Shown here one piece after another: positions 54,423 through 63,891 of a stretch of 64,000 bases of DNA. Each line of letters begins with the position of its first letter. Within the stretch, counting starts at the first letter, position 1. Both the position numbers and the translations under genes were made by a program. Where the stretch lies: IMG/VR virus record IMGVR_UViG_3300016466_000859, positions 66,948 through 130,947 of that record, one strand, 5' to 3'. The notes beneath the pieces are model-generated. The model did no database searches. It had not been told where the DNA came from and saw only the letters and a list, made by a program, of their open reading frames with translations. The stretch comes from a virus.

Positions 54423-54815
54423 TTAAAATCTCCCCAGCACAGCTTCGGCGGCTCTGGCGGCCTGCTGTTGCATGACTTTTTTCTTGAGTTCGCAGTAGGT
54501 CTTTGATCCCTGAGTGCCTTGCGCACGTTTGTACATGTCTTCGACGGTTTCTTTCATTGGAGCAATCACACGCAACACATCGGACTGTCTCCAACCTTTG
54601 CTTTCTGAATAAAGTTCAAACCAACGCAGGTCATCTCGTATACGAGCAACCTGTGGCAGCTGATCTTGGGCGCAATCTAAACGATCCACACTGGCTCTCA
54701 CATCTACTATTTTTGCACTTTGATTGTCGTCCCAGAAGCTGGGAATCCACTCTTTGACAGTGGCGCAGCCAGTGAGAGACAGGCCAATGATCATGGCAGC
54801 AATGGCTTTTTTCAT
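54423..54815 (-). CDS. Lipoprotein
   Basis: Signal + lipobox LTGC. Confidence 0.75.
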   Translation of the reverse strand: MKKAIAAMIIGLSLTGCATVKEWIPSFWDDNQSAKIVDVRASVDRLDCAQDQLPQVARIRDDLRWFELYSESKGWRQSDVLRVIAPMKETVEDMYKRAQGTQGSKTYCELKKKVMQQQAARAAEAVLGRF

Positions 54816-55216
54816 TTTTTACCTTCCTGTACGGGTGCAGCGGGTTCGTAGTATTCGCGATATTTGATGATGATTTGCCGCTGGGTGGCAATGTAGTTTC
54901 TCAGTTCGGCCATGGTCACAGACAGAGATTCATATCCATCGTCGGTGAGCCCAAACAATACCAAATCCACATTTTTTTCCTTAAGCTCGGCAAAGATTTT
55001 CTCGGCGTTGGCCGGTGTGATCAGTACCCACTCCACGGGCTTGTTTTTGAGAGGTGCGGGATCTGGTAGATTCAGTCGAGTGCGATCCACGGCCTTGGTC
55101 TGTATCTCCACTGGTTTGACACGATCACCAAACAGGCTGAAGCTGGCACAGCCTGACAGTAGACTAGCGACCAGGAGCAGGCTGGTAGTTCGGATTAGCG
55201 ATTGATGGGCATTCAC
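54812..55216 (-). CDS. o-spanin-like outer-membrane lipoprotein (Rz1-like)
   Basis: Lipobox LSGC; Pro-rich LPDPAP; overlaps the i-spanin 3' end. Confidence 0.7.
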   Translation of the reverse strand: MNAHQSLIRTTSLLLVASLLSGCASFSLFGDRVKPVEIQTKAVDRTRLNLPDPAPLKNKPVEWVLITPANAEKIFAELKEKNVDLVLFGLTDDGYESLSVTMAELRNYIATQRQIIIKYREYYEPAAPVQEGKK

Positions 55217-55664
55217 GATTTATCTCACTTGTGGTTTTTGCAGCCAGTTCGGCTTCGGTGTGTGGAGCTCCACTGGCCAGTTCTAAGCATCGCATGGCAT
55301 TCACAGTGCCACGATTTACTGCACGTTGTATGATGTCGGGACGCTCAGCTGCCAGGGCCCCAAAATCTCTAACTTCTCCACGAGCATTTTGGCTGAAACG
55401 ATTGTTAAGGGCTTTGACTTCGGCCTGCTGACGATCGTTTTCAGTCTTGAGCTCTTGATTGATGGTCTGTATCTGAGAGATGTCAGCTCGCATCTGGTCC
55501 ATCAATGACTGCTGTGCAGTGATACCTTCCTGTAAGCGAGAATTATTCTGCTCGCTGATGGCAAGATCAGCTCGAAGGCCAGTCACGTACCAAAGTCCCG
55601 CGGCTATCACTGCTACTACCAACAGTATAGAGATGGCCCGAATGGCCGGTCCTATTCCAAACAT
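55164..55664 (-). CDS. i-spanin-like protein (Rz-like)
   Basis: N-terminal TM, long coiled coil, two C-terminal Cys. Confidence 0.72.
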   Translation of the reverse strand: MFGIGPAIRAISILLVVAVIAAGLWYVTGLRADLAISEQNNSRLQEGITAQQSLMDQMRADISQIQTINQELKTENDRQQAEVKALNNRFSQNARGEVRDFGALAAERPDIIQRAVNRGTVNAMRCLELASGAPHTEAELAAKTTSEINRECPSIANPNYQPAPGR

Positions 55665-56128
55665 CAGGCGATCAATCCTGGTTTATAAACTATCTTGCCA
55701 TTTTCTCTCATGGCAGTAAGGACCTGTTTTTTCAAGTTAGCGGGATCAAAGCTGACATGCACCCATCCTGAGTCGGGAATACCGGGTGTGTAGAATTCCA
55801 GTATCAGCTGAGTAAAGTTGAAGTACTGACTGATATACAGTGCTAGATCATAATTAGCGACGCCCGGAATCTCAATATCGGCCGCTTGTCCCTTGCAGTG
55901 GTCTGATGTGCGGCTACCGCCCACGGCGGCATTGACGTCGGGATGGCGGAAACCCGAGTTGACTTTGATACCACGCCCGTATGCGGTGCGCAAGGGCTGT
56001 AGCACCTGCTCGCATAATATGCGTAGATTTTCAATCTCTGTTTCGCCGGGGGTGTTGTCAAGTCCCTGTCTCAGGGCAGTTTCGCTCTTGATCATTTCGG
56101 CTAGGCTGAAGTTTTCAGTGAGTTGCAT
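55664..56128 (-). CDS. Endolysin, peptidase M15A family
   Basis: SGFR, SDHCKGQAADI, WVHVS zinc ligands; TAAATA 56160-56165. Confidence 0.88.
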   Translation of the reverse strand: MQLTENFSLAEMIKSETALRQGLDNTPGETEIENLRILCEQVLQPLRTAYGRGIKVNSGFRHPDVNAAVGGSRTSDHCKGQAADIEIPGVANYDLALYISQYFNFTQLILEFYTPGIPDSGWVHVSFDPANLKKQVLTAMRENGKIVYKPGLIA

Positions 56129-56154
56129 GTTGGATCCTTTCGAATATCACTTAT

Positions 56155-56970
56155 CTAAATATTTAGTTTTTTCGTTGCTAACCATTGTTTCCAACGTTGG
56201 CGTTGATCTTCGGTAAGACGACAATTTCTGTGTATAGATACAGTGAGTGTGGTAAAATCTTGCATATCTCGGAAAAGGCTTTCGAATTCCGATTCTTGCC
56301 CTACTGCAATATTCACTGGTTTAAAATTCTGGCTACTATCAATCACGCTGATGTAACTGTGATATTTTTTCAGCACATAAGCAGAATAGAGATTGAATTC
56401 CGTGATGAAATAAGGATGCATGACATGCCGGCAGAAAAAATCTACTAGATTTTTCCATCCGCGTTGTTGTAAATCGTTTTCCAGTTTATTGAGTACCACG
56501 GAATCCATCAAGTAAGGAACTCCACCGGGTCCAATGATTTGATCTGTGTACTCGATTCCCCACATGTCTAGTAGGAATCGCCATCCGGGTTCAAAGACGG
56601 GTTGTATATCTACAGTCCTTAAAGCCGGCTTTTCTCTGTGGAAAAAAATATCAGGGGAAAATCCTTTGACAAACCAAGTCTTGGCATCCAAGATTAGGCT
56701 CCAGCCCGGGGCCGTTTTAGCAGCCATTAACTTGGAAATTTGTTGCTGATCCCACCCGCAAGCCATTTTTGGTATCTGATAATCGGTGTAGTGGCTGAAT
56801 ACAACATGATCGCGATAGCGGCCCCACCAGGTTGGGTCTAGATCGTTGGTGATGTCATCATTGATGACCACACGTATGGTTTCTATGTTGTTGGCGTAGA
56901 GATCAATGGATTGAGCCTGGGTTTTCAATAAACCCTGCTCGGCCTCGTAGACCACTGTGACTAGATCCAT
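56155..56970 (-). CDS. Possible glycosyltransferase-like protein (DUF6492-like)
   Basis: DLVTVVY, GWDQQQISKL, LILDAK, TEFNLY. Confidence 0.5.
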   Translation of the reverse strand: MDLVTVVYEAEQGLLKTQAQSIDLYANNIETIRVVINDDITNDLDPTWWGRYRDHVVFSHYTDYQIPKMACGWDQQQISKLMAAKTAPGWSLILDAKTWFVKGFSPDIFFHREKPALRTVDIQPVFEPGWRFLLDMWGIEYTDQIIGPGGVPYLMDSVVLNKLENDLQQRGWKNLVDFFCRHVMHPYFITEFNLYSAYVLKKYHSYISVIDSSQNFKPVNIAVGQESEFESLFRDMQDFTTLTVSIHRNCRLTEDQRQRWKQWLATKKLNI

Positions 56971-57524
56971 TAGCGGATCCCGGCAGCGATCCTGATGCTT
57001 TCGGTGTACTCGTTTTTGGGGGCGCGGGATTCTACCGGGAGTCCGGCAGCCGTTTTGATGTTGTCGATCTCCCTGGGACCGTATTTTTTGTTGTACTCGT
57101 TGGCGGTATTGGGGACGATGCGAGAGATATTTTCTTCAGTGACTTCGTGATATTGACGATCTTTATGATACTGGAATTTCCATTCACTGACATCCTGTGA
57201 AGTTAGATTCATTATGTCCGACAGCAATGTCATTATGTTTTTGGCCAACTCTTGATCACGCTCGATCTCTACAAACACCAAGAAATCGCCGTCATCCATT
57301 TCACCCGAGCTTACGTCGGCGTCAATGACCCAGCTGTAGCCTTTTTCTATAAAAGATACCAGGTCCAAGGCAGGTTCCTTGCCCGAGACCTTGAAGCTGA
57401 GCACACAGACATCTTCGTCTCGTCCCAGTTTGCTACGGAACTCGTCGATGTGTAACTCGGCCTGTATCAGGCGTGCTAGATCTCCGCGCTCGGCTCCTTC
57501 GGTTATGTGCTCTTTGTGTGTCAT
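56970..57524 (-). CDS. Hypothetical phage protein
   Basis: HIDEFRSKLGRDED, DADVSSGE. Confidence 0.78.
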   Translation of the reverse strand: MTHKEHITEGAERGDLARLIQAELHIDEFRSKLGRDEDVCVLSFKVSGKEPALDLVSFIEKGYSWVIDADVSSGEMDDGDFLVFVEIERDQELAKNIMTLLSDIMNLTSQDVSEWKFQYHKDRQYHEVTEENISRIVPNTANEYNKKYGPREIDNIKTAAGLPVESRAPKNEYTESIRIAAGIR

Positions 57525-58066
57525 ATTTGCTGTGTTTGTGGTTGAGCAGCGATATTGGCTGGTTGGTCAGTTTGATAGACTTTTTCGTCGGCGCCGGTTT
57601 CGTAGGCCTGCTCGATGTCCTCGGTGTCAATGGTGTCATTTTCGAGCTCGAGACTGCCGCGATGTATTTCTTGCATGAGTCTTTTGGGCATGACGATTTC
57701 TACCAACCAAATTGGTACCTGTTTCATCTGAGGCATCTTGGTCCCTGCCTCCATGTCATCGGGGCTCTTGACCCGCTTAGGAACCTCTAGCACGTCTTTC
57801 TTGTATTTGACTTCGCAATCATAGTCCAGTAGTCGCTCTGCACCGCGGGGATCAGGCATTTTTTTGTAAGGCCACATGAAAACACAAGTGACAAAGTATT
57901 TTTCGTACTTGGGTCCAGCTACTAGCTCACCGTGTTTCCAGTTCTCAAATGCATAGACATCGAGCTCGTCGATCACTCTTTCAAAATCCAAGAGGCTGTT
58001 GAGACTGCTGTCAGTCATGTAGATAGTTTTGATGTTTTCAATCACATCTGCGATGTTTTTTGCCAT
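57521..58066 (-). CDS. Hypothetical phage protein
   Basis: LDFERVIDE, NWKHGELVAGP, MPDPRG; TAAATA 58072-58077, 5 nt before ATG. Confidence 0.8.
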   Translation of the reverse strand: MAKNIADVIENIKTIYMTDSSLNSLLDFERVIDELDVYAFENWKHGELVAGPKYEKYFVTCVFMWPYKKMPDPRGAERLLDYDCEVKYKKDVLEVPKRVKSPDDMEAGTKMPQMKQVPIWLVEIVMPKRLMQEIHRGSLELENDTIDTEDIEQAYETGADEKVYQTDQPANIAAQPQTQQI

Positions 58067-58125
58067 ACCAATATTTATGCTAAAGCTGTTGGGATCAATG
58101 ACACGATCCCGACGTTTTTGACGTT

Positions 58126-58971
58126 TTACTTGGTAGCACCAGTGATATGGTTTTTGATATATCTATCAATCCATGCATCGACTCTGACTCTGAGTTCTTT
58201 GGGCGATGTTGTTGGAAATACCTTGAAATTTCCTTCTCTGAGCAGGTCCTGGAACCCTTGGCTGTCGATGGCTTTTTTAATCTCTGCCGTCGATTGCGGG
58301 TCGTTGGCGCCATTTTTCAATAGTACCACCGGGATTTTTAGATCGGGGATTTTCATCTTTAGCTGTTTTCCGATGTAATCAGCGTCAGAAGGATCCGTGC
58401 TGGCGATACAATCCATGGCTCCACTGTCTTGATGCTTTCTAGCGGTGGACGCACCGATTAGTCCCAACTCTAGATCTCCGCTCAACACTTGCATCAAAAT
58501 ATCTCGGCTGCCTTGGAACGGAAGAGCCTTGAGTGTTGTGCCATTCTGTGCATTGATATCGTTGACCAACGGATCAGGCAACTGAACCGACGGAATACCA
58601 AATTTTGCGTTTGGTGTAGAGAAATTTTTATTCGATCCTTTTTTGGTACAGACCTTGTAGTACTGTTCTCCGTACCAAACTATGTTCTCATCGTTGATGG
58701 TGGGATAGCATGTCTGACCTTTGGAAACCGCAGAAAATGCCAGCGTGGCGCCAAATATCAACAAAGAATCCTTGGTTTCGGTGAATTTTCTCACACCGTC
58801 CTGGCAATTCTCAGACTGATAAAATTTCGACCCAGCGAGATTTTTTTGATAGGTCATGGCCACAGTTGTGGTCGGGGAAGTCTTGGAAGACGCTGTGATC
58901 ACTGTGAGCTCAGTGGCCTGCAAGGTCGCACTGATAGATAAAATGGCCGCGGCCGCTATGAATTTTTTCAT
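58126..58971 (-). CDS. tctC: TctC/Bug-like periplasmic binding protein, paralog B
   Basis: Signal peptide; LKALPFQGSRDILMQVLSGDLELG; paralogous to 59011-59838. Confidence 0.65.
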   Translation of the reverse strand: MKKFIAAAAILSISATLQATELTVITASSKTSPTTTVAMTYQKNLAGSKFYQSENCQDGVRKFTETKDSLLIFGATLAFSAVSKGQTCYPTINDENIVWYGEQYYKVCTKKGSNKNFSTPNAKFGIPSVQLPDPLVNDINAQNGTTLKALPFQGSRDILMQVLSGDLELGLIGASTARKHQDSGAMDCIASTDPSDADYIGKQLKMKIPDLKIPVVLLKNGANDPQSTAEIKKAIDSQGFQDLLREGNFKVFPTTSPKELRVRVDAWIDRYIKNHITGATK

Positions 58972-59010
58972 TGATTTTTCCTTAAAGTGGGATTTTTCAA
59001 GCTTGAAAAA

Positions 59011-59838
59011 TTATTTACCATAGCTTTCGTGACTGCGTTGAATATATCTTCGTGTTTTTGCTACCAGAGTATCGGAACCTTGTAGCTGTACTTCGGCATA
59101 TTGACCTTGCTCCAAGAGACCTTTCACGGTATCGCTGCTGATGGCTGCACGGGCTCGATCCACCGTTTTTTCATCGTTGATGTTGTGTAAGATCAAAGTC
59201 TGTATACGGATGTCGGGCTGCTTCATTTTCAGCTGATTGCCCCAGAACTTGCTGTCTCTGGGATCGGTACTGGCTATGCATTCAATGGTGCCAGATCGAC
59301 TTTGTTTGTCTGCGGTGCTGGTACCAATCAAGCCGAGGTCTAGGTCGCCACTGAGCACTTGTAGGAGCACGGCCTGGCTGCCAGAGAACGGTAAAGCCTT
59401 GAGAGTGGTACTGTTTTGCTGATTAATGTCTGCAACGATGGCCACCACAGGCTGCACTGATGCCATTCCCAATGTTGCGCCGGGCGACTGGAAATTTTTG
59501 CCTGAACCACGTTTGGTACAAATCTGATAGTACTGCTCACCGTAAAATAAGATATTATTTTTAGTGATAGTGATATCACAGGGCTGGTTTTTGCGAAGAC
59601 CAGTGATGGCCAAGTTGGTGCCATAAGCGATGATGCTGTTTGGCGTTGTTTCAAATTTCTTTACAGCATCCTGGCAGCTTTCTCCCTGATAGTATCGGCT
59701 ATCGGCGAGATTTTTTTGCACTGTCGTGGCCAATGCGGCCACTGGAGAAGTAGCGGCCTGCGGATTGATCACTGTGATTTCAGGTGCGGCCCAGGCCACT
59801 GCCGGGAACATCATGGTCGTTAGTAGTTTTTTAAGCAT
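59011..59838 (-). CDS. tctC: TctC/Bug-like periplasmic binding protein, paralog A
   Basis: Signal peptide; LKALPFSGSQAVLLQVLSGDLDLG (Bug-type PYxG..A...V.G motif); next to tctA. Confidence 0.65.
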   Translation of the reverse strand: MLKKLLTTMMFPAVAWAAPEITVINPQAATSPVAALATTVQKNLADSRYYQGESCQDAVKKFETTPNSIIAYGTNLAITGLRKNQPCDITITKNNILFYGEQYYQICTKRGSGKNFQSPGATLGMASVQPVVAIVADINQQNSTTLKALPFSGSQAVLLQVLSGDLDLGLIGTSTADKQSRSGTIECIASTDPRDSKFWGNQLKMKQPDIRIQTLILHNINDEKTVDRARAAISSDTVKGLLEQGQYAEVQLQGSDTLVAKTRRYIQRSHESYGK

Positions 59839-59851
59839 GTAAAATTCCTTT

Positions 59852-61138
59852 CTAAAGTTGTGCTATGACTTGTATAGCTGTCCATATCACTTTGTCGCCC
59901 AAGATGAAGGCAAACAGCATGGGTATGGGGTCTATGCCTTTGCGGTCCAACCATAGACCGATAAGGCTAAAAAATAAAAACAGCGCGATGTACTTGATGA
60001 TGCCTAGTTCAGAATAATAAAAATCGATAAATCCCAGGGCCGCTATCAGCACCGCTAATATCAAGCGGAACCTAGATTGCAATACCTGCAAAGCCCGGCT
60101 ATAGAAATCGATCAGTCTAGTACTGAGGAAATAGAAGACCATGGCCAAGGCCACGCAGATCAGCTGTATCTGTATCAACATGCGACCTATGCCTTCGATG
60201 TCTGAAAGATCAGGCCAATCAACTAATTTGGTTTGCAGGATCTGCAGTACGATGACTTCGCCAATGGTAATGGGTATGCCCACTATCAACAAAGGCAGCA
60301 TGCTAGTGATCATGGCCGAATTATTGGCACTTTCGGCAGCCGTGACACGCCGGCCAAGATCTCGTTCGGACTGGTAGGCTATGTTGCTGCTGAGAGTGGC
60401 TGACGGCCCTGGTATGAGGCCAATGAAGCTACCGATAATTCCGCCTCTGACTGCGCTACCCCAGGGCATGTCACCAATCTGGTTGGTGTCGTTCCTGGAG
60501 CGCCAATGATCTGCATCGTATTTTTTAAACAGTTCGGGCACAATCAGCAGACCCAAGGCCATGGAAAAGAAAGTGGTGTTCTGGAATATCAACTGCACCG
60601 CAAACCAAGCATCAGGCAAAGCATAATTGTTTTTGGGACCCAGTATGATACCGATAGCCACCAAGATGGCCGCGGCTATCCTATTACTGCTGAGATAGAT
60701 AAAAAATCCCAGGGCCAATGAAAATATCACGGCCTTGACCCAGATCTTGTTAAACCAAAACATGAAATCGTAGCTGCCGATCAAGAACACAGCCACGCAC
60801 ACCACAGAAGCGGCCACCGATGCTGCCAATGATCCACGAGCGGTGTAGAGTATCAGCTTCAATCGGTCCGAGATGCCCAAGGGTTTGATGGCATTGATGT
60901 AGATGAGGCTGGATGTCTCTCCGGGCACACCGGTAGTGATGGCAGCCACGCTGCCGAAATATTGCGAGCCGATGATCACCGCGGCCCAGTAAACGAATAT
61001 CTCAAACACCGACATGATGTCAGCAAAGGGAAATATCAGCATCATACCTAAAGCAATGGGCATGGCTGGGAACAGTCCAACTAGCATGCCGGCCATGATG
61101 CCCGCGAATAAGACTACGATGGTAGAAAGTTCGATCAA
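59852..61138 (-). CDS. tctA: TctA-like tripartite tricarboxylate transporter large subunit
   Basis: Polytopic; GVPGETSS, GLIPGPSAT, AAESANNS, GIP, PMLFAFILG. Confidence 0.82.
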   Translation of the reverse strand: MIELSTIVVLFAGIMAGMLVGLFPAMPIALGMMLIFPFADIMSVFEIFVYWAAVIIGSQYFGSVAAITTGVPGETSSLIYINAIKPLGISDRLKLILYTARGSLAASVAASVVCVAVFLIGSYDFMFWFNKIWVKAVIFSLALGFFIYLSSNRIAAAILVAIGIILGPKNNYALPDAWFAVQLIFQNTTFFSMALGLLIVPELFKKYDADHWRSRNDTNQIGDMPWGSAVRGGIIGSFIGLIPGPSATLSSNIAYQSERDLGRRVTAAESANNSAMITSMLPLLIVGIPITIGEVIVLQILQTKLVDWPDLSDIEGIGRMLIQIQLICVALAMVFYFLSTRLIDFYSRALQVLQSRFRLILAVLIAALGFIDFYYSELGIIKYIALFLFFSLIGLWLDRKGIDPIPMLFAFILGDKVIWTAIQVIAQL

Positions 61139-61363
61139 GACTATTCTTTCGTTGAACAGAAATTCCTAAATTGGGAATTTGAATATTTTGATTATTTTAC
61201 AGTGAGTTGGCCTGGTCTGTCAAGGCCAAAAATGCAGGCTAGTACAATTTCAATTAGCCAAGTATTTAGCAACGGAAAGTCAAAAATTACTGTCCTGTTA
61301 TTTGATCCAAGGTGATCCACCTAAATATTTTTGTCATAGCCAAAATCTTCACAGGAGGCACAC

Positions 61364-62122
61364 TTGACCAAACGACGCCACAGAGAGCAACCTGCTCATC
61401 ATTCACACAACAACGTTCACACATTACCAACTCCACAACACATCGACTACGATCACTACAAGAAAAATCGTCAAAACATACAGCTTATCCCCAAGAGCCT
61501 GGGACAGGAGCGATATATAGAATTATTAACGGACCCGGATCGTACCATCATATTCGCTACTGGTCCAGCTGGCACAGGCAAGACCATGCTGGCAGTGCTG
61601 GCCGCCCTGCGTGCATTGAAAAATGGTGAGTGCCGCAAAATCGTGGTCACACGCCCGGCCGTGGGCGTTGATGATGAAAAACACGGTTTCCTGCCCGGAG
61701 ACCTTAACCAAAAAATGGAACCTTGGACCCGCCCCATATTTGACTACATAGGCGAGTACATGAGGCCCCAAGAAATCGCCCGGATGCTAGATGAACATGT
61801 GATAGAGATTTCTCCACTGGCATTCATGAGAGGACGCACATTCAAGGATGCGTGGATTATCGCAGATGAAATGCAAAATGCCACCCCTTCGCAGATGAAG
61901 ATGCTGCTTACGCGACTCGGCGAAGATTCCAGGATGGTCATTACCGGAGATACCCGCCAAGCAGATCGTCAGGACAGCGATAATGGGTTACTAGATTTTA
62001 AAAATTTGGTAAATAATTACGCAGGAAACTTGCTACACATCTCGGGGGTAGAATTCACTGGAAAAGACGTACAGCGTCACCCTGCAGTCACAGAAATACT
62101 AAAACTCTACCAAGAGATCTAA
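61364..62122 (+). CDS. phoH: PhoH-family ATPase
   Basis: GPAGTGKT, GFLPGDL, LAFMRGRTF, DEMQN, LTRLG, GDTRQ; TAAATA 61322-61327. Confidence 0.95.
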   Translation: MTKRRHREQPAHHSHNNVHTLPTPQHIDYDHYKKNRQNIQLIPKSLGQERYIELLTDPDRTIIFATGPAGTGKTMLAVLAALRALKNGECRKIVVTRPAVGVDDEKHGFLPGDLNQKMEPWTRPIFDYIGEYMRPQEIARMLDEHVIEISPLAFMRGRTFKDAWIIADEMQNATPSQMKMLLTRLGEDSRMVITGDTRQADRQDSDNGLLDFKNLVNNYAGNLLHISGVEFTGKDVQRHPAVTEILKLYQEI

Positions 62123-62178
62123 TCATATTTCCATTTTAGCATAAATATTATTAACTTTCATTATTAAGGAGACGCTGA

Positions 62179-63264
62179 ATGTCAACCGAAATCACAAATT
62201 CCGGACGTAGAAAAGTACGCTGGATTATTGCGCACTTTCCCTTGGAATTGTTTGTGCGAGCCGCTAAAGCATTTGCTGTAGAACTGGAAAAACTCTGCCC
62301 CGGGCAATTTGAGATCGAAATCCACACTGTGGGATCGTACAAGAAAAACTACGGACATTTGTTCAACGAGCAAGAAATGGAATCGCTGGGAATATCTCCC
62401 CCACAGATCCCCGGACTCGAGGAACCATCGCGCACATCCACTGGACCAAATGCAAACCATGCTTATGCCTCTACATTTATGGGTATCAAGCCTTTCTGGA
62501 CAACCTTGTTCCAGGCCATGAAAGATCAAAAGTTTGAAATGAGCCAAACTCAGGTCAACATCATCGGAAGTCACCTTGACACCGATTTCCATGCTATCGA
62601 TCTTCCATACTTGTTCAAAGATCACGATCACGTATCCCGTGCATTGGACTATGGCATCGGAGAGAGACTCAGTGAGCAAGTAGCCGAGCGCACAGGTCTA
62701 CGTGCTCTTGGTTACACATACTCGGGCGGATATCGTATCATTGGTTCCACCGACGGTGTAACATCACTGAGCGATCTAGAAAGCAAGAAATTCATCGCTT
62801 TCACCGCTCCCAGCACCAAGCTGTTTGGCTTCGCTGGCGTAAATCATGTTTCTCGTTTCCGTGCCACAGCCGACGACGTTGCTGACGTTGCTGAACAAGG
62901 TGGTGCTATTGAAACAACATATTTGCGTTTTGGTGGCAAGAATGTTCTTAAGACCAATCACAGCATGTTCATGACATCGATCCTGACCAGCGATGCTTTC
63001 CTGTCAACACTGACAGAAGAACAGCGTGCCGCTTTCAAAGAAGCCGCACATCGTGTAGCCAAGATTGAGCGTATTTGGTCGGTGGAAGATGCTGCCAAGT
63101 ATGAAGCACAGGCCAAAGACCGTGGCGTTACCATCGTTGACATCAATCAAGAAGACGAGCAGCGCCTAAGAGACGCGGCCGAAAAAGTCTATGATTCCGC
63201 CGTGCTTGAAAAAATCGGAATTGATGCTTCCTTGGTTGAAGAAATCATCAAGTTGGGCAAGTAA
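62179..63264 (+). CDS. dctP: TRAP DctP-family substrate-binding protein, no signal peptide
   Basis: TAAATA 62142-62147, AAGGAG SD; IDLPYLFKDHDH, YSGGYR, HSMFMTSIL. Confidence 0.8.
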   Translation: MSTEITNSGRRKVRWIIAHFPLELFVRAAKAFAVELEKLCPGQFEIEIHTVGSYKKNYGHLFNEQEMESLGISPPQIPGLEEPSRTSTGPNANHAYASTFMGIKPFWTTLFQAMKDQKFEMSQTQVNIIGSHLDTDFHAIDLPYLFKDHDHVSRALDYGIGERLSEQVAERTGLRALGYTYSGGYRIIGSTDGVTSLSDLESKKFIAFTAPSTKLFGFAGVNHVSRFRATADDVADVAEQGGAIETTYLRFGGKNVLKTNHSMFMTSILTSDAFLSTLTEEQRAAFKEAAHRVAKIERIWSVEDAAKYEAQAKDRGVTIVDINQEDEQRLRDAAEKVYDSAVLEKIGIDASLVEEIIKLGK

Positions 63265-63278
63265 TTTCCTAACTCAAT

Positions 63279-63305
63279 AAAAAACCGCCCCCGGGCGGTT
63301 TTTTT
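63279..63305. terminator. Bidirectional intrinsic terminator
   Basis: AAAAAACCGCCC-CC-GGGCGGTTTTTTT. Confidence 0.9.
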
Positions 63306-63891
63306 ATGATTTCACTACCAAGTCGTAGATCTCTCGCCAATCCTTGACTCTGGGTATGGCATCATGATAGTAATGCATGTTGTGACCATGTTCAACCAAG
63401 ATAGGCTTGAGTCCCAACATCCACCCCAGTTCGGCATTTGCGACTTTGTCTTCGATCCACCATAGTCCTGTTTTGCGATATGGCGCCAACGCTTCGTCTT
63501 TGTCGGCACCAGTGTCTAGGCACACAATCTTTTCAAACACTGTTTCTCCAAATAGCTTGGCCAAGTTCATTTCTCGTAGACGCTGTGCATTACGATCCAA
63601 ACTCAATGATGTGATGCAATGGAACACAAATCCATGTTCCTCGTGTAGCCTTTTCACATAATACATGGCGTCGCGCAAGGGAGGTAGGAATCCAATCGCG
63701 GCACTTTCGTTGAACATCTTGATCAGCTTTTTGCCTTGTGTTTTGGTTATACCGTAACGCTCACCGATGTCGTAGTTGAGCTCACCACCAGGGATCGTTT
63801 CAAACCCGTGGTCCTCCATCCAAACAGAAAAGGCGTACTCCCAGTTAAGGAGCACGCCGTCGCAGTCAGTTAATATAATCCTATTTGTCAT
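63304..63891 (-). CDS. HAD-superfamily phosphatase (5'-nucleotidase-like)
   Basis: ILTDCDGVL motif I, ITS motif II, IEDK motif IV. Confidence 0.82.
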   Translation of the reverse strand: MTNRIILTDCDGVLLNWEYAFSVWMEDHGFETIPGGELNYDIGERYGITKTQGKKLIKMFNESAAIGFLPPLRDAMYYVKRLHEEHGFVFHCITSLSLDRNAQRLREMNLAKLFGETVFEKIVCLDTGADKDEALAPYRKTGLWWIEDKVANAELGWMLGLKPILVEHGHNMHYYHDAIPRVKDWREIYDLVVKS

